IMG/VR virus record: IMGVR_UViG_3300042518_000285
Location: 981 to 64,980 of that record
Direction: 5' to 3' (one strand)
Source of the DNA: a virus
Lineage: Duplodnaviria > Caudoviricetes
DNA length: 64,000 bases
Shown in pieces: positions 1-8,269 of this stretch. The position numbers were made by a program, and so were the translations under genes. Each line of letters opens with the position of its first letter. Position 1 is the first letter of the stretch. Under the pieces are notes generated by a model, which was not told where the DNA came from, searched no databases, and saw only the letters and a program-made list of their open reading frames with translations.

Positions 1-865
1 TGATCTCGTCGCTACCAATAGAGCCTGACATATCGATAGCCACCACGATGCGACCGACCGACTCACCGATCAAGCTAGGCATGTAAACATCTTCACCTAT
101 CCACCGCCGAGACGGACGACGCCATGTCGATTCATCCTTGTCCATACAGAATGACGTAACGAACTCACGCAGTGCCTGACGCCAATCAACCTTCGCTTCC
201 AACGCTTCCTTGATCTCACGTGGCATGTTGCCTTTCATCTTGCCAGCGAGTATCGAGCCTTGGCGGAGAGCCTGATCAATGTCACGTGCTAGAACTTCTT
301 TCTCTTCGCCGCTCATCTCATCAGCGCCGTCCCAGTCGTGGTCATCCAACGATGGCGTATCATCTACTGGTACATCACGCCCCACCTGATCGCCCTTGGT
401 CTTGACATGCACCGAGCCCTTGTCACATTGTTGCTTCAAGTCGTTAAACACACGCTGCGAATCCCAGCCCCGATACTTCGGATCAAGCAAGCCACAGTCA
501 GGCAACTTCACATACTGATCTGTCGGATCTGAATCGTCGATCATCAGGTTAATCACATAGTCACACGCCATGTTTGCCAACTGCGCATGCTCTTTGTATA
601 GATGCTTCCACATGGTTAGATGTCGGAACGCCTTGTGCAAGTTCTCGTGCAGGATCAACGCACGTAGCTCGGGTTCTGACAACTTGTCTGTGAACGCACG
701 ACCATACTTCACGTTGCGACCATCCGTACATGCAGTCTGCACATCATCCTCCACACTTGTTTTACCAAGCATGAAGACGCCTGAATACAGACAGTAGTTC
801 GGGTGTTTCATGAGCCACACATGTGCTCGTTGCACACGCTGCTCGGCAGATAACTTTGTAGCCAT
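1..865 (-). CDS. Metallopeptidase + vWA domain protein (DUF2201-like), 3' end beyond window edge
   Basis: Hand translation from ATG at 865: MATKLSAEQRV...TACTDGRNV...ILHENLHKAFRH (HExxH); ends ...IVVAIDMSGSIGSDEI (vWA MIDAS DxSGS) at the edge. Absent from the ORF track because it is truncated. Confidence 0.85.
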   Translation of the reverse strand, partial: MATKLSAEQRVQRAHVWLMKHPNYCLYSGVFMLGKTSVEDDVQTACTDGRNVKYGRAFTDKLSEPELRALILHENLHKAFRHLTMWKHLYKEHAQLANMACDYVINLMIDDSDPTDQYVKLPDCGLLDPKYRGWDSQRVFNDLKQQCDKGSVHVKTKGDQVGRDVPVDDTPSLDDHDWDGADEMSGEEKEVLARDIDQALRQGSILAGKMKGNMPREIKEALEAKVDWRQALREFVTSFCMDKDESTWRRPSRRWIGEDVYMPSLIGESVGRIVVAIDMSGSIGSDEI

Positions 866-889
866 TTATTAACTCCTGTTAATTTGTTA

Positions 890-1978
890 TCAGAACAACC
901 ACTGGTTTTCCAACGCCCAGTCCTTGAACTCCTTGTTCATCACACAGAACGACTGCTTGTCGGATGACTTCATCACGCTTGTTGCGAACAGGGCTTGCCA
1001 CTCCTTGTCCATACGTTTCAGGTAGTGCATCCATTTGTCTAGCGTGTCCTTGGAAACACGTGTCACCGCAGAGAACACCAAGATACATTTGGCAACCGTG
1101 TCCTCAGGTAGCTTGGCATTTTTCGGATCGTTCAATATCGCATCCCATGATGGCAACTTGTCCACCACAGTGAAGAACGCTTGCATGTCCCGCGCCGCAC
1201 TCTCACCGATAGTCCCAGTCAGCAGAGATATAGTCAGCGCATCACCTAGTTCACTACGTTGTTTGGCAATGAACGACGCCTTCTCCAAACTTCTTGGTGT
1301 AACCACCGCACCGCTACCGGCCCGCGTAGGGTTGAAGATATATACGTTCTCTTTCTGCGACAGATCGGTGTAGCTTGCTAGTGCATGCGGGAACTGCTTG
1401 ACCCACGCAATGATTGTCGGATCAACGTCGTTACCAATTGCCCACTCGATCCACTCATCTGCATCAGGCTTACGCACAGTCACCAAGCACACACGATTCC
1501 GAGCATGCGCTTCCAACATGTCACCCACACCATCTGACATCAAGTTGGTAGTGCCAAACACAATCGATCCCTCAGGCAGGTAGTGGTCACCAATGCGATG
1601 TTCTAGCATCAAGGTCAACAGCACATTCTTGACCGCCTTCATTGCCTTGCCAATCTCGTCAAGCATCACGATCACCGGCTTGCCCTCGTGCATCTTGAAC
1701 CGTGCGTTCGGTGCGAACTTCGTGACTTTGTTAACACCTGTTAACCCGTTCTCCACCACCTCGGTGTATGGCAGGGCAAAGTCACCCAAGTCCAGCAAGG
1801 TACAGTCGATGTACGCAATGGCATACTCGGGATACTGCTTGGCAAGAACTTTCAGCATGGAGGACTTGCCAATCCCCGGCTCACCTTGACCGATCACCGT
1901 CACATCACGCCCCACCTGCCCGATAGCTTTCGCAAACTCAATAAGCGATACGGACTGACCAAAGTTGATTGCACTCAT
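890..1978 (-). CDS. AAA+ ATPase (MoxR/dynein-related type)
   Basis: Walker A GEPGIGKS, Walker B VMLDE, sensor TTN, TPRS motif; adjacent to the vWA partner gene. Confidence 0.85.
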   Translation of the reverse strand: MSAINFGQSVSLIEFAKAIGQVGRDVTVIGQGEPGIGKSSMLKVLAKQYPEYAIAYIDCTLLDLGDFALPYTEVVENGLTGVNKVTKFAPNARFKMHEGKPVIVMLDEIGKAMKAVKNVLLTLMLEHRIGDHYLPEGSIVFGTTNLMSDGVGDMLEAHARNRVCLVTVRKPDADEWIEWAIGNDVDPTIIAWVKQFPHALASYTDLSQKENVYIFNPTRAGSGAVVTPRSLEKASFIAKQRSELGDALTISLLTGTIGESAARDMQAFFTVVDKLPSWDAILNDPKNAKLPEDTVAKCILVFSAVTRVSKDTLDKWMHYLKRMDKEWQALFATSVMKSSDKQSFCVMNKEFKDWALENQWLF

Positions 1979-2029
1979 TTGTTTCTCCTTTTAGGTTGAT
2001 TACTTCTTACTACTACCACTGTAAGACAT

Positions 2030-2058
2030 ATTATAACATAATAGTTACCCTATGTCAA
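2030..2058 (-). promoter_or_regulatory. Consensus sigma70-type promoter for the AAA/vWA operon
   Basis: Minus strand TTGACA-N17-TATAAT with extended TG. Confidence 0.85.
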
Positions 2059-2062
2059 GTAT

Positions 2063-2920
2063 TTAGAAAATGCTCGACTGCGTTCTCTCCATCACTTGGA
2101 CAGGCACTTTGTCATGTATGTCAGACACCTTCTCCACCATCCGATAGATTCGGGATTTCAACAGCTCATACGAAAACTGCATGTCATAAAAAGTTGTAGG
2201 GTAGGTATGCCCACCAATGTTCCGCATGATTGTTTCGGCTATCCGACTATCTAGCGCATTGGTACCATCCCATAGCACCACGCATAGGGCTTTCACATAC
2301 TCTGCATCGTCGCCTGAGCTTGCCATCTCAAGAATCATCGGCTCGTTGTACTCCCGATAGTTGAAGTACCCATCCGGCATCGGGAAGACTGACTTCCTCG
2401 TTTCGTGCATGATCCACCCATCCGACAACTTCATGAATGTCTTAGCCCATTTCAAAAACGGCTGATACGGGGCACGGGCTTCCTTCGCTTTCTCACGATT
2501 GACAACTTGTTTCTGGATGACAACCTCGGATGCCGGTTCCCACCGCCCATCTTCCGTTGGTCGGAATATCAACTCGCCCTCCCTCGGTACGGGGTAGTGC
2601 ATGTACTTGCCGTCGCTGTTTGGCACCATCACCCACAACTTGCCGTTACGTTTGAAGCATTGCCACGGCGAGTGGATGTGGATGAAGTCGGCAGTGGATG
2701 GGGTTTGCCAGCCACCACATTGCAGCCCGATCCGTCCGTCTGGGTAGTACCGAACAACTTGTGTGTGATACAAGACGCAAGCCACAACTGGACCGTCCAT
2801 CTCGATCACCTCCCAATCCCTGCGCCGCTCACCAATGGGTCGGGTTTCACATGCCCTGCCACGTATCGGCTTGATCGAGTCGTGCAGGTTCTTGAACTGC
2901 TCGTAGTAGTTCTTCTTCAT
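2063..2920 (-). CDS. Hypothetical early protein
   Basis: 285-aa ORF, SD AAGGAGG, start overlaps the upstream stop. Confidence 0.8.
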   Translation of the reverse strand: MKKNYYEQFKNLHDSIKPIRGRACETRPIGERRRDWEVIEMDGPVVACVLYHTQVVRYYPDGRIGLQCGGWQTPSTADFIHIHSPWQCFKRNGKLWVMVPNSDGKYMHYPVPREGELIFRPTEDGRWEPASEVVIQKQVVNREKAKEARAPYQPFLKWAKTFMKLSDGWIMHETRKSVFPMPDGYFNYREYNEPMILEMASSGDDAEYVKALCVVLWDGTNALDSRIAETIMRNIGGHTYPTTFYDMQFSYELLKSRIYRMVEKVSDIHDKVPVQVMERTQSSIF

Positions 2921-3354
2921 ACTCCCTCCTTATTAACATCTGTTAATTTAGGGCGTTTCCCAAGCAAGTCCATCTCCATCTCGATACTTCTTGCCACATA
3001 ACTCAACTCCCACCCGTCCTCGCCAAAGTGTTCCTCGGTCACGTCCTCTGAGTTCTCACCGATCCGGCAGAACGCGCCCCTGTACTTACCCTCGTCATCA
3101 TTTAGTTCTTCAAAGAACGCATACAGCTTGTTCACCCCATCGACAGGCTCGTACCCGTCGTACCATTTGACATCCTCGTTGTAGAACACAAAGTTGTCAG
3201 CATCCCAACCACTTGCATCTTTGTACCAATGCGCCTCAAACAGATCGCCCGAGATGATGCCCTTGGTTTTGGCAAGTGCCAGCACCGTAGGTATGTCCGG
3301 TGCATCTGGATCGGTGCGTTGTACCCTGATCCCAACCGTTGATCGATATCCCAT
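2917..3354 (-). CDS. Hypothetical acidic early protein (start revised to MGYRS)
   Basis: SD AGGAG before ATG 3354; the longer ORF-track start overlaps another small ORF. Confidence 0.7.
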   Translation of the reverse strand: MGYRSTVGIRVQRTDPDAPDIPTVLALAKTKGIISGDLFEAHWYKDASGWDADNFVFYNEDVKWYDGYEPVDGVNKLYAFFEELNDDEGKYRGAFCRIGENSEDVTEEHFGEDGWELSYVARSIEMEMDLLGKRPKLTDVNKEGV

Positions 3355-3358
3355 TTTA

Positions 3359-3538
3359 TTAACTCCTGTTAACTTGTTTTGGATTGATTGTTTCGAATGG
3401 CTCATAGTTATCCTCGAACAGATAACACTCCGACATAGCCACGAACCGTGCATACGCCTCATCCATCTGGGCATCCCACACCACTTCGCGGTCTAGGTTA
3501 GCTGCGTCCATCCATTCGTTTAGTGTTGGCTTTTTCAT
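3359..3538 (-). CDS. Small acidic hypothetical protein (59 aa)
   Basis: Hand translation MKKPTLNEWMDAANLDREVVWDAQMDEAYARF...; SD AGGAGG. Confidence 0.65.
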   Translation of the reverse strand: MKKPTLNEWMDAANLDREVVWDAQMDEAYARFVAMSECYLFEDNYEPFETINPKQVNRS

Positions 3539-3571
3539 CTCATCCTCCTATTAACATCTGTTAACTTGTTA

Positions 3572-3778
3572 TCAGGCCAGCACCCATGTCAATTGCAGAG
3601 CTTCTGGCTGCACGTTCAAATACACCCAAGCATCGTTGGCTCCGAGCTTCCTGACATGCACAGAGTCCTTGTTGATGTCGAGCACCTCATACCGATGCTT
3701 GAACCCTTTGTAGTTCTTGCGGATCAAGCTATCGCCGACCTGTACTTCCTTGCCGGTTTTCCTGTCGATTAACTTCAT
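3572..3778 (-). CDS. Small hypothetical protein (68 aa, MKLIDRKTGKEVQVGD...)
   Basis: ATG overlaps upstream TGA; small beta-barrel-like pattern. Confidence 0.65.
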   Translation of the reverse strand: MKLIDRKTGKEVQVGDSLIRKNYKGFKHRYEVLDINKDSVHVRKLGANDAWVYLNVQPEALQLTWVLA

Positions 3779-3861
3779 TGCAGCAGTCCCAAGTATTCGG
3801 AAACCACCATCGCAATCAACACGCAGAAACATATCAGTCCAACAACGTCTAAGTTGTCCAT
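3775..3861 (-). CDS. Small membrane peptide (28 aa)
   Basis: MDNLDVVGLICFCVLIAMVVSEYLGLLQ; coupled to both neighbours, SD AGGAG. Confidence 0.5.
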   Translation of the reverse strand: MDNLDVVGLICFCVLIAMVVSEYLGLLQ

Positions 3862-3965
3862 CAGAAACTCCTAAATAGCATGATGAGCACCGCCAATACT
3901 GCACCGAGTATGGCTCCCAGAAACGCAGCGGCGATTGCCGCCCATTCGTTTGCGTCTAGTTTCAT
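3861..3965 (-). CDS. Small membrane peptide (34 aa)
   Basis: MKLDANEWAAIAAAFLGAILGAVLAVLIMLFRSF; SD GGAGG, ATGA overlap. Confidence 0.55.
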   Translation of the reverse strand: MKLDANEWAAIAAAFLGAILGAVLAVLIMLFRSF

Positions 3966-4237
3966 TTGACGATCCCTCCCTTTTGATTAACACCTGTTAA
4001 CAAATCCCTGTCACTTACGACGATGTAGTTCGACTTGTGCAGGGGCACGACACAATGCTTCACCTTCCGCGCTTCCACCTCGCCGCATGGCATACATAAA
4101 GAACTTATCAGGCGACGCTTTGGTGGGTCAATTTGTGAGCCACATAGACGACAAAAAGTCGTGTCTGTTTTTACGTGTTGGTCTGTTCCGAGTTCTGTTC
4201 CGCTTGGGGCGGCTTTGTTCCAGTCTGAGATACGCAT
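3962..4237 (-). CDS. C4 zinc-finger protein (DksA/TraR-like finger pattern); start uncertain
   Basis: CRLCGSQI...R...LCMPC. Confidence 0.6.
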   Translation of the reverse strand: MRISDWNKAAPSGTELGTDQHVKTDTTFCRLCGSQIDPPKRRLISSLCMPCGEVEARKVKHCVVPLHKSNYIVVSDRDLLTGVNQKGGIVK

Positions 4238-4496
4238 GAAAGACCTTTGAGATCAATGTGTTATGTGAATAAATGCCGGTTGTGTTCCAGTGTTCCGCAC
4301 ATTACACCACCTGCCGAAGGCCACGTTGGTTTACAAACCCATCATGGTTTACATTGTAAACTAGTTCCTCAGGTTTGGGTAGGGGGGGTATATATATGGA
4401 ACAATGGAACAAACACACAAAAAACCCCCAAAACGTAGGCGTACCAACGGTTTTGCCTGTTCCAGCGACTGGAACAACGCGGAACAACGCGGAACA
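4184..4496. repeat. Array of 11 TGTTCC/GGAACA hexamers in both orientations; candidate replication origin
   Basis: TGTTCC at 4184, 4196, 4216, 4283, 4291, 4458; GGAACA at 4398, 4406, 4471, 4481, 4491. Confidence 0.75.
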
Positions 4497-4600
4497 GAGC
4501 CCTCTGCAACATATTGCATTAACATCGGTTAATAAATTGTGCTGCTGCATCATCATCATCAGGGGCTACTATCATCAAAGGGTTGGAAATCACAGGCAAT

Positions 4601-4626
4601 AAAAAACCCCGACCGAAGTCGGGGTT
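4601..4626 (-). terminator. Intrinsic terminator after 4642..5157
   Basis: Minus strand CCCCGAC-TTCG-GTCGGGG-TTTTTT. Confidence 0.9.
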
Positions 4627-4641
4627 GCCAAGTGGGGCGAA

Positions 4642-5157
4642 TTACTTTGCTTTTGCCATTTCCGCCTTTGCCAGATTAAGCGCGGCGAGAACTTTCGGTA
4701 AATCGTATGAGCGCGATTCGGCTTTTTCCAGTCTACCGATCAGCGCGACAACGCGCTCCATATCGACAGTTTCCTCTGATTTTTCGCTTGCGGCGGATTC
4801 TACTTTTTCAGCCGGAAAAGCATATTTGACAACACGCGCAAACATGGTATCAGCAGTTGATCGGGCATCCTTTTTCGCCTGATACTGTACTTTCCACTTT
4901 TCAACACCGGCGGCGTCGAGCGCGTTATATTCTTTGCTACCCTTGCGTGGTAACTCCACAGCGAGCGCGGCGGCGTGGCGTTTGTCGAGCGCGGGTAGCA
5001 CAGCGTCTGCGATGAATTGTGCTTTGATTTCCAGCAACGCCGCTTCCGATCCGAAAAACTCACGCGCACCCGATCCGACAATCTGCCATTTATTAACAGT
5101 GTTGATATCATTGCGAATCGCGTCGATTACATTCTTGACTAATGTTTCGTATTTCAT
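4642..5157 (-). CDS. Hypothetical helical protein, monocistronic
   Basis: 171-aa ORF, SD GAGGTG, own terminator. Confidence 0.8.
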   Translation of the reverse strand: MKYETLVKNVIDAIRNDINTVNKWQIVGSGAREFFGSEAALLEIKAQFIADAVLPALDKRHAAALAVELPRKGSKEYNALDAAGVEKWKVQYQAKKDARSTADTMFARVVKYAFPAEKVESAASEKSEETVDMERVVALIGRLEKAESRSYDLPKVLAALNLAKAEMAKAK

Positions 5158-5292
5158 AACTCACCTCATTCAGTTGATTGTAGGAAATATGCTCGGCGCG
5201 TTTCGCCTTGCATGACTACAATGTATCAAACTATTCTAAATCTCAAAGCATTTTCTGAAATTTATTAAGTAGTGTTAATAAATTCAATTTTG

Positions 5293-5561
5293 ACAACCCC
5301 ACCGTACCCCCACCCCCCGCTATTGGCTGTTGGTACCATCGCATGCCTTGCCTTAGTAATCTGCGCACCCGATCACAAAATCCCAAAAGGGTTACACTAA
5401 CCAAGGGGGTCGCAGCTTGTTAGTTTATTAACAAGTCGTCAGGGATAGGCAAGTGACCCCCACCCCCCTCTAAAATCTGCTGGACTAATCTAAATATCAA
5501 AATAGAAAAACACCCCCCTTGCCTTTTTGGGTCCCCTACAACCCCACCGGGGGGTATATAT
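5293..5561. repeat. C/G-run-rich intergenic region with short direct repeats before terS
   Basis: ACAACCCCACCG at 5293 and 5538; ACCCCCACCCCCC at 5306 and 5456; GGGGGGTATATAT at 5549 (also at 4383). Confidence 0.6.
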
Positions 5562-5589
5562 TGACAACTTTGTACAAGGTGGTTATCGT
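5561..5589 (+). promoter_or_regulatory. Sigma70-type promoter for packaging/structural genes
   Basis: TTGACA-N17-TATCGT with extended TG. Confidence 0.6.
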
Positions 5590-5624
5590 CGCGCACATCT
5601 GGGCCACAAACAGCTACGGAACAC

Positions 5625-6224
5625 ATGCCTATACTTGCCACGCCTGAAGTGGGTATCCCACTTCCCTTCGATACGACACCGGAGGAAATTGACGATTTTC
5701 GTCAGAAGGCTCATGCACTTTTTGAAACGGTGCAAGACCTAATAGGTCTAGGAGCGCAGGTAGACATCTCCCCCGAAGACAAAGCGGAATCGCACCGCAT
5801 CTTCTCCAATAAAAAACTCCCCCCGGCAAAGCAACTGACGCCCGGCACCATCCTGAACCTAGAAGCAATCCTGAACGAGTGGGATCAAGAAGTACTAGAC
5901 GTTTCACGTCGGCTTCGTAATTACGTGACCAACAAGTTGATCGTTGAGTCTGCTGATCCAGATCCTCGCCAGCGCATGAAGGCACTGGAAAACTTAGGGC
6001 GGATTGCGGGAGTTGGGCTATTCTCTGAGCGGATTGATATCAGCATCACACACCGCACCGTAAAAGATATTGAGACAGATCTCGTGAAGACCTTGGAGCT
6101 GTACGGTGGAGGTGTTGAAGAGGTCGCGTTCGAGGAAGTGCCTAAGAGTATTGGGGATATTGACGTAGATGCAGAGTTGTCAAACGAAGGGGAACCCGTA
6201 GATGGACCCGGAACTACTTCGTAG
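5625..6224 (+). CDS. terS: Probable terminase small subunit
   Basis: Directly upstream of and overlapping terL; 'RMKALENLGRIAGVGLFSERIDI' resembles the TerS oligomerisation segment. Confidence 0.6.
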   Translation: MPILATPEVGIPLPFDTTPEEIDDFRQKAHALFETVQDLIGLGAQVDISPEDKAESHRIFSNKKLPPAKQLTPGTILNLEAILNEWDQEVLDVSRRLRNYVTNKLIVESADPDPRQRMKALENLGRIAGVGLFSERIDISITHRTVKDIETDLVKTLELYGGGVEEVAFEEVPKSIGDIDVDAELSNEGEPVDGPGTTS

Positions 6225-7719
6225 GGCGCAAGCCATACTGCCAACACTACCACCGGCTGTTCAACAGAAGGTGGGTACCCTAATTGCTGAGGCCAGACGC
6301 GCCAAGGCACAAGAAGTTGCTAAGAATAACTTCATGGAGTACGTCAAATATGTTTGGCCCAACTTCATTCATGGCAGGCACCACGAGAAAATGGCGCGAG
6401 CGTTTGAGCGGGTGGTTGAGGGAAAGACCAAACGACTCATCATCAACATGCCACCGCGTCACACGAAGTCAGAATTCGCCTCATATCTGTTGCCGAGCTG
6501 GTTTTTGGGCAAGTTTCCTTCCAAGAAAGTGATCCAGACTTCACACACCGCTGAGTTGGCGGTGGGGTTTGGTCGAAAAGTACGTAACTTAGTGGACTCT
6601 GACCGTTATAAGGACTTATTTCCAGATGTTGCGCTACAAGCAGACTCGAAAGCCGCTGGTCGTTGGGCTACAAATTACGCTGGTGATTACTTTGCTATTG
6701 GCGTCGGTGGTGCTGTTACCGGCAAAGGCGCTGATTTGCTCATCATTGACGACCCGCACAGTGAACAGGAAGCCGCTCTGGCTGAGGTAAACCCCGAGAT
6801 TTACGATAAAACGTACGAGTGGTACACATCAGGCCCTCGTCAGCGTCTCCAGCCGGGCGGATCTATCGTGATTGTGATGACTCGGTGGTCAAAGAAGGAC
6901 TTAACGGGTCAAGTATTGAAGTCCGCAGCCCAGAGAGGTGGTGAAGACTGGGAAGTGATCGAGTTTCCGGCGTTATTTGACTCGGGAGAACCGCTTTGGC
7001 CTCAGTTTTGGTCTAGAAAAGAGCTAGAAGCGCTAAGAACTGAACTTCCGAACGCTAAATGGATGGCTCAGTACCAGCAGAACCCGACATCTGAGACATC
7101 TGCGATAGTGAAACGGGAATGGTGGCAGACTTGGGAGGACGACACGCCCCCGCACTGTGAGTTTGTCCTACAAAGCTGGGATACAGCGTTCGAGAAGACC
7201 AACCGCTCGGACTATTCAGCCTGTACCACGTGGGGCGTCTTTTATCAGGAGGACGATACCGGTGTTATTCAAGCTAATATCATCCTTCTCAATGCTTTCA
7301 GAGACCGCCTTGAGTTCCCTTCGCTCAAAAAGAAAGCCATTGAGCAATGCAAAGAGTGGGACCCAGACTCCATCATTGTGGAGAAAAAGGCGACCGGGGC
7401 ACCGCTCATCTACGAGATGAGGGCGATGGGGATTCCTGTACAGGAGTACACACCGGTTAGGGGTAACGACAAGATCAGCCGACTAAATGCGGTATCTGAT
7501 TTGTTTGCGTCAGGTCGAGTGTGGGCACCCAACACACATTGGGCTGAAGAAGTAATTGATGAGGTAGCAAGCTTCCCCGCTGGGGATCATGATGACTACG
7601 TGGACTCTGTGTCGCTGGCGCTGATGCGGTTTCGCAAAGGCGGCTACATCCGGTCAGTGTTGGATGAGCAGGATGAGATACCAGAGTTCCGACGCAAGAG
7701 GCAGTACTACAACGTATGA
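6202..7719 (+). CDS. terL: Terminase large subunit
   Basis: Walker A MPPRHTKSE, Walker B LLIIDDP, VMTRW, nuclease SWDTA and HDDYVD. Confidence 0.95.
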   Translation: MDPELLRRAQAILPTLPPAVQQKVGTLIAEARRAKAQEVAKNNFMEYVKYVWPNFIHGRHHEKMARAFERVVEGKTKRLIINMPPRHTKSEFASYLLPSWFLGKFPSKKVIQTSHTAELAVGFGRKVRNLVDSDRYKDLFPDVALQADSKAAGRWATNYAGDYFAIGVGGAVTGKGADLLIIDDPHSEQEAALAEVNPEIYDKTYEWYTSGPRQRLQPGGSIVIVMTRWSKKDLTGQVLKSAAQRGGEDWEVIEFPALFDSGEPLWPQFWSRKELEALRTELPNAKWMAQYQQNPTSETSAIVKREWWQTWEDDTPPHCEFVLQSWDTAFEKTNRSDYSACTTWGVFYQEDDTGVIQANIILLNAFRDRLEFPSLKKKAIEQCKEWDPDSIIVEKKATGAPLIYEMRAMGIPVQEYTPVRGNDKISRLNAVSDLFASGRVWAPNTHWAEEVIDEVASFPAGDHDDYVDSVSLALMRFRKGGYIRSVLDEQDEIPEFRRKRQYYNV

Positions 7720-8261
7720 GTAATTTTTTGTTCCTGAAGCAACTGCCGCCGGAGGTCGTTGACTTAGCCAATCAAGAATTTGATTTGCTTGATGTCCATG
7801 ACGGCAAGGTCGTAACGGCAGGACAACCAGTAATTAACTACAAACACCGCAAGAGCACCCTACGTTCGGCTGAGTTCGGGCATTGGTTTAGTGGGATCTT
7901 GTATCAGTTTGGGGTGATCGCTAACGCAAACTGGGGCTTTGTTATTGATGGGCAAGAAGTAATGCAGGTGGCGGACTATACCGAGGGACAGCACTTCGAC
8001 TGGCACGCAGACCTGATTCCGTTCTCTGGCCCAACAGACAGGAAAGTAAGTGTGGTGTGTCTGATGACTGACCCGACCACGTATGAAGGCGGGGAGTTCC
8101 AGATACGGAATTTTCAAGATGGATCAGAGGTACATACAGTGCCACTAAAAAAGGGATCGGTCATAGCCTTCCCTTCAGCGGTGTGGCATACGGTAACTCC
8201 TGTAGTTAGCGGCGTTCGACGCTCAACAACTTTGTGGCTAACAGGCCCCTGTTTTAGATAG
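7716..8261 (+). CDS. 2OG-Fe(II) oxygenase
   Basis: HFDWHAD (HxD), YEGGEF, FPSAVWHTVTPVVSGVRRS. Confidence 0.9.
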   Translation: MSNFLFLKQLPPEVVDLANQEFDLLDVHDGKVVTAGQPVINYKHRKSTLRSAEFGHWFSGILYQFGVIANANWGFVIDGQEVMQVADYTEGQHFDWHADLIPFSGPTDRKVSVVCLMTDPTTYEGGEFQIRNFQDGSEVHTVPLKKGSVIAFPSAVWHTVTPVVSGVRRSTTLWLTGPCFR

Positions 8262-8269
8262 GAAAGATC

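Larger units (their letters stand above)
869..5278. promoter_or_regulatory. Dispersed 14-bp palindromes TTAAC-N4-GTTAA, left cluster
   Basis: Copies start at 869, 1731, 2933, 3359, 3551, 3987, 4519, plus variant TTAAGTAGTGTTAA at 5265. Confidence 0.85.

Noticed and set aside
1731-4000. Identical reading frame (LTxVN) of the in-gene palindromes as evidence of a protein motif
   Set aside because: The other two frames contain TAA, so this is the only frame possible inside a gene
4458-4496. GGAACAACGC tandem repeats as a CRISPR array
   Set aside because: Units are 10 bp with no unique spacers and no cas operon; the Cas4-like nuclease belongs to the replication module
4302-4602. ORFs 4302..4559 (-) and 4375..4602 (+)
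   Set aside because: They overlap the repeat array, lack an RBS and have low-complexity translations
869-5278. Palindromes as CtrA boxes or as evidence of a Listeria host
   Set aside because: Spacing is TTAA-N6-TTAA, not CtrA's N7; ~50% GC and Rz/Rz1 spanins point to a Gram-negative host despite the PrfA-box match
5290-5320. TTGACA at 5290 as a promoter
   Set aside because: Followed by C-runs where the -10 hexamer should be
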